In this document: in pieces, positions 55,599 through 63,621 of the stretch | Numbering within the stretch: position 1 is the stretch's first letter | How the letters are laid out: the number at the start of each line of letters is the position of its first letter | IMG/VR virus record: IMGVR_UViG_3300034127_000005 | Coordinates: 34,293 to 98,292 of that record | Length of the DNA stretch: 64,000 nucleotides | Strand: one strand, 5' to 3' | Source: a virus | Lineage: Duplodnaviria > Caudoviricetes | Program-made: the position numbers and the translations under genes | Notes under the pieces: generated by a model | What the model was told of the DNA's origin: nothing | What the model saw: the letters and a program-made list of their open reading frames with translations, nothing else | Databases searched by the model: none

Positions 55599-56567
55599 AT
55601 GACTACTCCAGCAAAGCAACTCGGTTATTCTGAAGGTCAAGTATTCCGCATCATCGAACGGGAGTGTGCTGGTTGGGAAGTTGGCGACATTATCCGTCTC
55701 AGAAGTGACGACGCAACAGAATGCCCATCTTTCATACACTTGACCAGTCAAGAACAACGTTATGTTATGCTTCGGAATATTGAGCCAGCTTCGCCAGAAG
55801 CCGTAGCTAGTGCAAATAGCCGGACGCAACAACAGGCCGTTACCACTTTCAAAACCATGCTTGCCCGTGCAATGGCACACCGTAATGGGGACAATGTAGA
55901 AGACTCGCTGTTCTACACTGGGTACGGTATTTGTGATAACATCGAACGCTGCATGCCAGAAGGTTCTAGTTCGACTATCATAGCGCTTATCAAAGACAAT
56001 CTGATCCGTCGTGTACCGTCGTACAGTGGTAACTATCATTACCCTGTGTCTTGCCCTGAAACTTCCGGCAGCGAAGGTGCGGATTCTGCATGGTCACGAC
56101 ATAGCAATAAGTGGGCGGGCGCCTACGGCCAGAATCGTATCACTCAATTGAATGAGTTGATTGATATGATTGAAAACAAGTGGGATGATTCGTTTGCACA
56201 GAACATGACGCCAGCGGTTCGGGTTGGCATTATCCCCAATATTACGCTTTGCCAGTTCCGTGACGGCACGTTCTGGCATTTGGATACTGACGACGGCTCT
56301 AGTGATCCATATTTCCGCCCCGTTGGTGGCGGTGATCGTCGCTCTCAAGAGTTGCGATATGTTACTATCATGCCGACTGTAATTGACGGCAAGAAGCGTA
56401 GTGTTCCGGCCTTCTTGAAAGAGATTGCCAAACAACAGGCTAAACGTGATAAGTTGCAAGCTCAAATTGCAGCATTGCAAAGGCTGGCGGCAGAAGCTAA
56501 CAGCAAGATAGCAATGCTTGATTACGGTCTGGCTCAAACGCATAAAGTTAAGCGGATGGATAAATAA
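55599..56567 (+). CDS. Early hypothetical protein
   Basis: Promoter TTGACG-N16-TAAGAT (55524-55551), so start moved to ATG 55599; GICDN..YSGN..YPV motif; C-terminal coiled coil. Confidence 0.7.
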   Translation: MTTPAKQLGYSEGQVFRIIERECAGWEVGDIIRLRSDDATECPSFIHLTSQEQRYVMLRNIEPASPEAVASANSRTQQQAVTTFKTMLARAMAHRNGDNVEDSLFYTGYGICDNIERCMPEGSSSTIIALIKDNLIRRVPSYSGNYHYPVSCPETSGSEGADSAWSRHSNKWAGAYGQNRITQLNELIDMIENKWDDSFAQNMTPAVRVGIIPNITLCQFRDGTFWHLDTDDGSSDPYFRPVGGGDRRSQELRYVTIMPTVIDGKKRSVPAFLKEIAKQQAKRDKLQAQIAALQRLAAEANSKIAMLDYGLAQTHKVKRMDK

Positions 56568-56590
56568 CACCGCTTCACTCAAATGACTAG

Positions 56591-56625
56591 TTGACAGGGT
56601 AAGCCGCTAACCATAGAATAGCGGC
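56591..56625 (+). promoter_or_regulatory. Early promoter with inverted repeat
   Basis: TTGACA-N17-TAGAAT; GCCGCTA/TAGCGGC. Confidence 0.85.
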
Positions 56626-56658
56626 ACACAAACTCAATAGTAAAAGGAAAGTAGTAGA

Positions 56659-56802
56659 ATGTCCCGTCAAGTTAAAGCTTCTGATTTTGCAACTGCTTAT
56701 GAATATGAGCAAGCCAAGAAACAAGAACGTAAACAAGCTACAGGCAAACGCAATTCGCCTAATGGCCGTCGTAACATGGTAGCTAAAGGGAGTGATGAAT
56801 AA
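56659..56802 (+). CDS. Small basic early protein (47 aa)
   Basis: Not in ORF track; MSRQVKASDFATAYEYEQAKKQERK...; SD aagga. Confidence 0.55.
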   Translation: MSRQVKASDFATAYEYEQAKKQERKQATGKRNSPNGRRNMVAKGSDE

Positions 56803-56922
56803 ATGGAAGTTTTCGGATTCCCAAACGCAGGCTTTGCCAGTGCCGTCGCTGTAATGCACGCCGAACGTGGTACACACTGCAAGCTGTACAAGTCTAACGG
56901 TGTGTGGTACGTGGCTATCTAA
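56803..56922 (+). CDS. Small early protein (39 aa)
   Basis: Not in ORF track; fills the gap and couples to both neighbours. Confidence 0.45.
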   Translation: MEVFGFPNAGFASAVAVMHAERGTHCKLYKSNGVWYVAI

Positions 56923-57302
56923 TGGTGGGATTGCGTGTAACGGTTGTAAAGCCTGTCAAGCCCTTACGTTATCGATTATCGCCGGTAGAAGAAAAGCTAG
57001 ACAATCTCGACAAACTAGAGAGGGAGTTAGAGCTAGCTATTAAAGCTGGTAAAGTACCAGAAGAACAGCAAATCGAAAGCCGTATGTATTTAAAAGTGCA
57101 ACGGGATAAGTTGCAAGTTGTGAAAGATAAGGCACTAGGTATTGTGCCAGTTGTTGAAAGAGAGTTGATCGATAGAACTAATGACCGTATCCCCTCTCAA
57201 TTAGAGTTGTGGTTAAGTGGTATTGATCCTCAGAAAGCTTTCAAATTCGCGCTCTTTTCGTTTGTATTAGTCTGGTTCTTTATGCATAATAAGGGTTTGT
57301 AA
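56922..57302 (+). CDS. Early protein with C-terminal TM segment
   Basis: TAATG coupling; hydrophobic C-terminus. Confidence 0.6.
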   Translation: MVGLRVTVVKPVKPLRYRLSPVEEKLDNLDKLERELELAIKAGKVPEEQQIESRMYLKVQRDKLQVVKDKALGIVPVVERELIDRTNDRIPSQLELWLSGIDPQKAFKFALFSFVLVWFFMHNKGL

Positions 57303-57638
57303 TTGAATAAAACGATCATGCATGCGCTTAACCGTTGCACTACTACAGGGCTAGAGTCACTGATAAGACATACAACAACCCCAGACGGCAAGCATATCAA
57401 GCTGTTCAAGGATCATAAAGGATGGTATAGGATTGTAGCTTTCAAATCAGAAGCGCACAACGTCGGATGCAGTGGTGTTATTGTAGACTCACAAGGTGAA
57501 GTCTATTATAAAGAAACTTGCCCTGATATGCGCTCTCACGGGCTTACAAGACAGTTGCAAGCAATGTTAACAGTGTGGGGAGTGAAATGGTTCCCGTCAC
57601 AATTTCAAACTAAAGGAGGCGCAGCCTGCTATAGATAG
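57303..57638 (+). CDS. Putative minimal GNAT acetyltransferase
   Basis: ETCPDMRSHGLTRQL resembles GNAT motif A; SQFQTKGG C-terminal motif. Confidence 0.4.
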   Translation: MNKTIMHALNRCTTTGLESLIRHTTTPDGKHIKLFKDHKGWYRIVAFKSEAHNVGCSGVIVDSQGEVYYKETCPDMRSHGLTRQLQAMLTVWGVKWFPSQFQTKGGAACYR

Positions 57639-57649
57639 GAGGCGTTAGA

Positions 57650-57796
57650 GTGTTCTGGAAAGTATTTAGAAAGGGTATGATAAACCATGTTGACAAAGTG
57701 TGGTTTGTTGCTACAATGACGGCTCAAGATGTACACGCTAGCTTAGAGGGTGATTATGATTTCCCTGTTACAATCTCCCCTGATGAAAGCGATTGA
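57650..57796 (+). CDS. Small early protein (48 aa)
   Basis: Not in ORF track; GTG with SD aggagg; stop TGA lies within next -35 TTGACA. Confidence 0.5.
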   Translation: MFWKVFRKGMINHVDKVWFVATMTAQDVHASLEGDYDFPVTISPDESD

Positions 57797-57851
57797 CAAG
57801 ACTTCACCACTAACCTAGAATCCTCACAACAAACCAGAGTAGGGCCACAAA

Positions 57852-58103
57852 ATGAACACCACTCGTAAAGACATCCGCAATGCTTTTAAGGTTATCGGCT
57901 ACACTGTTAGTTTTAAACGGAACACGTTTAACGACAGTCTTTGCAATTTAGCTTTTAAGAGTCCTGAAATGTTAAAACCTATCGTGGTGGCCCCTGCAAA
58001 CTGTTACAGTGTGGAGACGATAGAAAAGCATAAGAAAGCTTTTGATCTAGCTAATAGCTACAATGGTGATTACCTCACCGACACAGAACAAAAGATTGTT
58101 TGA
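57852..58103 (+). CDS. Early hypothetical protein
   Basis: Promoter TTGACA-N17-TAGAAT (57793-57821). Confidence 0.65.
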   Translation: MNTTRKDIRNAFKVIGYTVSFKRNTFNDSLCNLAFKSPEMLKPIVVAPANCYSVETIEKHKKAFDLANSYNGDYLTDTEQKIV

Positions 58104-58140
58104 CAGTTTAGTGAATATGACCTAGAATCCCTCTAGGTCA
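58100..58140 (+). promoter_or_regulatory. Early promoter with inverted repeat
   Basis: TTGACA-N17-TAGAAT; TGACCTAGA/TCTAGGTCA. Confidence 0.85.
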
Positions 58141-58159
58141 ACACAAGAGGCAATATCAA

Positions 58160-58495
58160 ATGGCTACCATCGTTATCAAAGGCGCCACCATTGACAAGAA
58201 GCGTGAGATTCTGGACGGCAACAAGGGCCAGATGTTCGCTGTAACGTGGCAGAAAAAGGACGGCACTACCACGCATCGCGTGCTTAAGCAATGGATGAAT
58301 AAAGCCCTTGCCAGTGGGACCAATACTGTGGTACAGGCCAACCCAGCGGCCCACAACCCAGACAACTACACTGCCGCCGATCCTGAGAAGGTGGCAAAGG
58401 GGAATCCATTCCCTTGGGTTAACGTCACGCTGTCGAAAATGACTAGCTGCAAAGTCGGCGGTGATGAATACGTTTTCGAAGACGAGCAAGAGTGA
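58160..58495 (+). CDS. Early protein, possibly Sm/SH3-like
   Basis: FAVTWQKKDGT motif; SD gagg. Confidence 0.65.
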   Translation: MATIVIKGATIDKKREILDGNKGQMFAVTWQKKDGTTTHRVLKQWMNKALASGTNTVVQANPAAHNPDNYTAADPEKVAKGNPFPWVNVTLSKMTSCKVGGDEYVFEDEQE

Positions 58496-58607
58496 TAAAA
58501 GGCTGGCTCTAGGGGGTTGATTTGATCCCTAGAGCCTGTACAATGGCGCCACCGGGAAGGATAAGCCAGAAAGGCAGCCCCCGGCTTCATAGGAGTAACA
58601 TAGCAAC

Positions 58608-58895
58608 ATGGGCAATATGAATGCGTTGGGGTTGGGGGTTGTAAAAGCTTTCCGTGGTCATAGCGTGAAGTTGGGGGTTGTACAGGTGTCAGACGGGGAG
58701 TTTGTCGAGCATCTTGACGATACTTATGCAGATGCAATAATCTGTAACGTTAGTTATGGGGCAGGCGCGGTGCTGTATTCGGCAGATATTGCAAGGTTTC
58801 AAAGTCTCAAGGACGAATATCAAGAAGAATTGCAAAACGAGCTGAAATCGCAAATGCGACAAGGTAACGACGTTGACATAGATTGGCACGAATAG
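58608..58895 (+). CDS. Early hypothetical protein
   Basis: Promoter TTGATT-N16-TACAAT (58517-58544); SD aggag. Confidence 0.6.
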   Translation: MGNMNALGLGVVKAFRGHSVKLGVVQVSDGEFVEHLDDTYADAIICNVSYGAGAVLYSADIARFQSLKDEYQEELQNELKSQMRQGNDVDIDWHE

Positions 58896-58911
58896 TGCTA
58901 ACGTTCTGAAG

Positions 58912-58936
58912 AAAGCCCCGCCTGTCGGGGCTTTTT
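58912..58936 (+). terminator. Intrinsic terminator
   Basis: AAAGCCCCG-CCTGT-CGGGGCTTT-TT. Confidence 0.85.
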
Positions 58937-59033
58937 CATTCCTGTAAAATAATTTGAAAATTCTCTTGACATGTTGATTCACGGTGCTAGTCTCTTAATC
59001 AAGCAAGGGGCAAACGCCGCTGCTTAGACAAGA

Positions 59034-59049
59034 TGTTCCACGTGGAACG
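59034..59049. promoter_or_regulatory. parS: parS-like palindrome
   Basis: TGTTCCACGTGGAACG matches TGTTNCACGTGNAACA at all but the last position. Confidence 0.7.
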
Positions 59050-59069
59050 TCAACCCTAGGAGAAATGCC

Positions 59070-60530
59070 ATGTTCGCTATGAATTCCGAATCTCTCCCTA
59101 CTCCACTCGCTTCGATTGACACTCTGTTGAAAGAAGCTGATAGCAGTGTACGCCCTGAAAAGGTGTTCATTGGTCACAACCTCGGGCATCGGACCTTTAT
59201 TGCCCTGATTCCAATGAAAGACTTCTATGCAATGTCGAAGGTAGCCAACGAGCGGCAAGCTGATGGAACGCCAGCAACACAGCGCCCATTGAATGAGGCA
59301 CACGCGACCGGACTGGCAAAGTATATCCTTCGGGGCATGATTGCCGCTGCTATCGAGTATCGCCGCAACTTCAATAAGCCTGAGTCGCTGGCATTACACG
59401 AGCTACAGCGTGTAATGGGACCACAGACCTACATGTCATTGCAACCCATCGTAGCCAACCTTCGCACTGTTGAACCGGGCGGCGCTGGTATCGAAGGCAA
59501 GCGAATGGAAGCGGACGGTGAGACGGCATGCTTTAAGGTGTTTTTGGGCCAGCGTGACATGCTGTACGTTATCGACGGCCAGCACAGACGCTATGCCATG
59601 GACCTTGTGTTCGAGTTCCTGACTGAAATCAGGTTGAACCGGAAATATCCACGCAAGCCCAAACTGTTCGAAGGTAATTTCAAGGAGCCAATTGCTACCG
59701 ACGTGCTCGCCGCATGGGACGAATGTGACGAAGTGGCACGGGGCTTTAGCAAAATCGCTGTAGAAATCCACCTCGGGCTTGGCGTCCGTGAAGAGCAACA
59801 ACTATTCCACGACTTGAACAATCTCGCCAAGAAGGTAGAACGGTCGCTCGCTTTGAAGTTCGATAGCGCCAACCCGGTTAACCAGTTCATCCAGAACGAA
59901 CTGTTACCACATATCCTAGATTGGGATGATGTAGCAGACGGGGACCAAGCCAACTGGACAAAGGACACTGGCCGTTGGACTTTCCGCGACTTGGCAGCAA
60001 CTAACGCTATCCTGTTCTTGAACAAAACGAGCATTGCCAGTGCTACGCCCGCTGATGTAGAAGAGAAACATGCTACAGCTTGCAGGATGTGGGGCGCTAT
60101 CGCAAACGTTCCTCACTTCGGCAAGCCGGGGGCAAAGGCAAACACGGTGCTAGCACAGCCTGTAGTCGTCAAGGCCATTGCAAAGCTCGTGTATGATCTG
60201 GGCTATGGTCGTCGTCGTGATGCCAGCGCTCAAGAAGATTTGGAACGCCTGCTGATGTCTCTGAGTCAAGTCAATTTCAGCCACACTAACCCGGTCTGGC
60301 GCTTCTATGAAATGACAGAACAGGAACGCATTAAAGCGAAGTTGAACGGCTTACGTGACTATCTGCCCGATGGTGGCGACACTAACAGAAGCATCGGCAC
60401 CTTCGACAATCAAAATAAATGGATGCGCTTTGCCACTCGACATAACGACATTTACCCGATCATTGGGGACATGATCCGCTGGATGCTCAAGCTACCATCC
60501 CGCACCGCTGAAAAGGTAGACGCTGCATAA
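59070..60530 (+). CDS. DGQHR-domain/DndB-family protein (ParB/Srx-like fold)
   Basis: TQRPLNEAHA..LAKYI, LYVIDGQHRRYA, EQQLFHDLN motifs; promoter TTGACA-N16-TAGTCT (58966-58993); SD aggag. Confidence 0.8.
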   Translation: MFAMNSESLPTPLASIDTLLKEADSSVRPEKVFIGHNLGHRTFIALIPMKDFYAMSKVANERQADGTPATQRPLNEAHATGLAKYILRGMIAAAIEYRRNFNKPESLALHELQRVMGPQTYMSLQPIVANLRTVEPGGAGIEGKRMEADGETACFKVFLGQRDMLYVIDGQHRRYAMDLVFEFLTEIRLNRKYPRKPKLFEGNFKEPIATDVLAAWDECDEVARGFSKIAVEIHLGLGVREEQQLFHDLNNLAKKVERSLALKFDSANPVNQFIQNELLPHILDWDDVADGDQANWTKDTGRWTFRDLAATNAILFLNKTSIASATPADVEEKHATACRMWGAIANVPHFGKPGAKANTVLAQPVVVKAIAKLVYDLGYGRRRDASAQEDLERLLMSLSQVNFSHTNPVWRFYEMTEQERIKAKLNGLRDYLPDGGDTNRSIGTFDNQNKWMRFATRHNDIYPIIGDMIRWMLKLPSRTAEKVDAA

Positions 60531-60543
60531 CTGCAAACCCTTC

Positions 60544-60570
60544 GCCCCGCCTAACAAGCGGGGCTTTTCT
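60544..60570 (+). terminator. Intrinsic terminator
   Basis: GCCCCGC-CTAACAA-GCGGGGC-TTTT. Confidence 0.85.
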
Positions 60571-60614
60571 CCGTCACACGAAAGGCCAGGGTGATAACCC
60601 TAAAGGGTGATGCT

Positions 60615-60713
60615 ATGACACCTACAGAGAAAGTTTTCCTTGCTATATTGACAATCATGTTTATTGCGTGGTTTGTGTCTGTCTCAATTCTTTTTCAGTT
60701 GACCTTAAAATAA
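60615..60713 (+). CDS. Small single-TM peptide (32 aa)
   Basis: Not in ORF track; MTPTEKVFLAILTIMFIAWFVSVSILFQLTLK. Confidence 0.45.
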   Translation: MTPTEKVFLAILTIMFIAWFVSVSILFQLTLK

Positions 60714-60794
60714 GTGTTGACGGTCATATCCAACCCTGTAGAATGACCAACATCAGAAGCAAACAAGCTTCTACCACACAAAGGAATCTGCATC

Positions 60795-61316
60795 ATGGCT
60801 AAGCAAACCAACCCAATCGAAACCGCTGTTAACGAATACCTGAAAGCTCAAGGTATCACCTTTGCAGCGTTCGGCGGTATGGAAACAAAACGCGACGACT
60901 GGACTTGTGACGCTTGGCAGTGCAAGTTTAGCCGCTATCCTAAAGGTGTGGTTAATGGTTCTGACATTACCCTGACAACTGACTATTACACTGGCGTCGG
61001 CCATCGTGAAAGCCGTGTGCGTATGCCTGCTGATATCGCACGCCTTCGCCCTAATATCCTGATGCGGGTACAGTGGGAGAAAGCCAACCTTAAGGCCGTA
61101 GCACCAACAGCGGCCAGTGTCCTCTATTCGTTGTTGCTTGATTCTTCAGGTGCCGAACAGAACTTTCTCGACTGGTGTGGCGATTACGGCTATGACTCTG
61201 ATAGCATGAAAGCCCATAAGATTTACACGGATTGCTGTGAACAACTGCAAAAGGTGCGGGTATTCTTCACTAACGAGGAACGCCAAGCCATGCAGGAACT
61301 TTTGCAAGACTACTGA
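60795..61316 (+). CDS. Early hypothetical protein
   Basis: Promoter TTGACG-N16-TAGAAT (60717-60744); VLYSLLLD..FLDWCGDYGYDSDSMKA motif. Confidence 0.75.
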   Translation: MAKQTNPIETAVNEYLKAQGITFAAFGGMETKRDDWTCDAWQCKFSRYPKGVVNGSDITLTTDYYTGVGHRESRVRMPADIARLRPNILMRVQWEKANLKAVAPTAASVLYSLLLDSSGAEQNFLDWCGDYGYDSDSMKAHKIYTDCCEQLQKVRVFFTNEERQAMQELLQDY

Positions 61317-61384
61317 AATAGTTGTTGCACTGCCCATTCAACCTGATAGAATGGGCTCACACAAACGTTCTAGGATGATTCAAC

Positions 61385-61693
61385 ATGACGCCTTCCGAAC
61401 TGAAATACAACGTACAAACCAAGAACACCGAAAGCCACTATTTCACACGTGGGGCTATGAAATTCTTCGGTGACACTATGGCAAACTACGGCTGCCGGTC
61501 TGCTGTAGTCAATACCAACTATGACGCCAATGGCATGTGGGTTGGCGAACACGTCGGTAGCGTGGTTGGTGATAGTGGTGTTCCTGTCGAAGTGTGGGAG
61601 TTATACCGCAAGCGTGCCGTTAAGCATGGTTTGAAGGATAGTGTCTATTTTGCCAAAGACGACTTTCGCCGGGTTTATCCCTCGACAAAATAA
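61385..61693 (+). CDS. Early hypothetical protein
   Basis: Promoter TTGCAC-N16-TAGAAT (61325-61352); HYFTRGAMKFFGD motif. Confidence 0.7.
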   Translation: MTPSELKYNVQTKNTESHYFTRGAMKFFGDTMANYGCRSAVVNTNYDANGMWVGEHVGSVVGDSGVPVEVWELYRKRAVKHGLKDSVYFAKDDFRRVYPSTK

Positions 61694-61757
61694 AGCTTTA
61701 CAGGGTTATTCATTCTGGTAGAATGGCCCCACACAAACCGAAACAGGATGTAGCATC

Positions 61758-61967
61758 ATGGCAAAGTATCAGTCTGAAATCATGACAGTCATTAACAATA
61801 AGACTGAAAAGCAAACGCACTTCATTCGCATTTGTGATGTGTGGCGCCGTTGTGCTGCTGCCGATAACCGCAAACGCTTTGCAGATGCTACAGGTTATCA
61901 TTCCCTTATGACAACCAATGACGGCAAGTTTACCCGTCACTATACCACTTTGACTTTCGACTACTGA
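61758..61967 (+). CDS. Early hypothetical protein
   Basis: Promoter TTTACA-N16-TAGAAT (61697-61724). Confidence 0.7.
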   Translation: MAKYQSEIMTVINNKTEKQTHFIRICDVWRRCAAADNRKRFADATGYHSLMTTNDGKFTRHYTTLTFDY

Positions 61968-62037
61968 AAATAGTTGTTGACTGGCCTATTCAAGTCTGTA
62001 GAATAGGCCACACAAACCACACAATGGAATCAGCAAA

Positions 62038-62361
62038 ATGACTTACACAATCAAATCCGGTGCCGAAGTGGGCCACAACGGTTTTCTGGTATGCTTTGGC
62101 GAAAAGTCAATCGCAAAGTTCAATGAAGAATCTGATGCAGTGGCCTATGTGGCTGGCAAGAATGCTGGCGAGCATGTCCTTGAACAGCGTATCAGCGAAA
62201 CAGCCTACAATGTGAAGCTGGCCGATACTGGCTTTAAATACGTCGTGACCTACGGTAAGCAGGTGGAAAACTATCGACACACGCCAGAAGGTTTGCAGCG
62301 TGCCGCTCAAGAATACATTGAGTGCGTGAATCATTGTATCAAGCTGGAAAAGCTTTCCTAA
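62038..62361 (+). CDS. Early hypothetical protein
   Basis: Promoter TTGACT-N16-TAGAAT (61977-62004). Confidence 0.7.
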   Translation: MTYTIKSGAEVGHNGFLVCFGEKSIAKFNEESDAVAYVAGKNAGEHVLEQRISETAYNVKLADTGFKYVVTYGKQVENYRHTPEGLQRAAQEYIECVNHCIKLEKLS

Positions 62362-62429
62362 AATAGTGTTGACAAGGCCATTCAAAAGCGTAGAATGGCC
62401 CACACCCAAACGAACAAAGGAATAAAATC

Positions 62430-62687
62430 ATGGCCGTTTCCAAGTCTATCGCAATGACTATCTGCAAAGGCGAAACTGTGTTGTTTATCGGCACTATCAA
62501 CGATACGTTGATTTTCCCGCCTGAATACGTGGGCAAGGTGATGGAACTCGTTGTCGAAGGCTTTAAGCTTGAAGAAGACGATCATGCCTGTCTGAATGAC
62601 TTGCATTGTCACGGTCATTGCAATTTCAGTTTTGGGAATGCTGAATGGGACTACCGCGTTGCGGCCCAAGTCAGTTATCCGAAGTAG
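62430..62687 (+). CDS. Early hypothetical protein
   Basis: Promoter TTGACA-N16-TAGAAT (62369-62396); SD aagga. Confidence 0.7.
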   Translation: MAVSKSIAMTICKGETVLFIGTINDTLIFPPEYVGKVMELVVEGFKLEEDDHACLNDLHCHGHCNFSFGNAEWDYRVAAQVSYPK

Positions 62688-62763
62688 ATTCATATTCAAG
62701 GGCTTGCAATGAGTCGAGCCCTTCGATATGATGCCTACACACAAACACAAAGAGTATGCCGCT

Positions 62764-63234
62764 ATGTTGAACATCACTAGCTTGACCCATCCGACAATGA
62801 TTGCCAAGATCCGTCTAGGCTTGAAACTTGCTGCATTGGGCAAAGGTAGTGAGATGGGCGGGCATGCTAACCGCGTTTACATCCAGAACCGCAAGGGCCA
62901 CAACATCATGCGGATAGACTGGAAAGGCAACGGCAAGTTTGTTGCCTATGGTGGCGCTGACTGGGGACGTACAGAAGTAACGGATATTGTGAAAGCGGCA
63001 TTGAAGCGTGCAAACGTCACATACACGACGATTAAAAAAGAAGGCGTAGTGGTGGCCTATAAGAAACGTGACGGCGCTGCTAAGCTGTTTATGTCTGCTG
63101 TGCTGGCCGTAGCTTGCATGTTCGGCAATCCGTCTGATATGGCACAATACATGCCCAACCCACAAGCAATGCAACAAGCCTGTGCAAAGACTCCGCAAAG
63201 CTTGGTATGTGAAAGAATGTTGGTAAAGCTGTAA
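62764..63234 (+). CDS. Early hypothetical protein
   Basis: Promoter TTGCAA-N17-TATGAT (62704-62732), so start moved to ATG 62764. Confidence 0.6.
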   Translation: MLNITSLTHPTMIAKIRLGLKLAALGKGSEMGGHANRVYIQNRKGHNIMRIDWKGNGKFVAYGGADWGRTEVTDIVKAALKRANVTYTTIKKEGVVVAYKKRDGAAKLFMSAVLAVACMFGNPSDMAQYMPNPQAMQQACAKTPQSLVCERMLVKL

Positions 63235-63394
63235 AATAGTGGTGAATAAGGGTTGACAAATCAAGCATGCCCTTTTAAGGGCAACCCCTATACCAACGCC
63301 TAGCTTCTGAATAACGGGGCTCATAGGGCACCACAGGAGCTTTAAATGCCTATTGACACAACCCAGAAAAATGTGAGACTATAAAAGGTGGAAT

Positions 63395-63541
63395 ATGACG
63401 CACAAGCAAAGGGAATGGGCTCGCCAATTTGATTGGTTCCTCTGTAGTGATAGCCGTGCAATATGGGTTAAAGTGGGCGGAGACGTGACGAAGTTTACAA
63501 GCCACAAAGCGCTAAAAGAGTGGGCGAAAGATCAAAAATAG
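63395..63541 (+). CDS. Small early protein (48 aa)
   Basis: Not in ORF track; QREWARQFDWF..LKEWA pattern; SD aaggtgg. Confidence 0.55.
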   Translation: MTHKQREWARQFDWFLCSDSRAIWVKVGGDVTKFTSHKALKEWAKDQK

Positions 63542-63621
63542 TTGTTGACGTGTGTTGTGGCTTCTGTAGAATGGGCGCCAAGGGAGAGCAAACAGCCTCC
63601 CAACTAACCCAAGGTGATAGC

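Noticed and set aside
59070-60530. Complete Dnd phosphorothioation or ParABS partition system
   Set aside because: No dndACDE or parA in the window; only the DGQHR gene and one parS-like site
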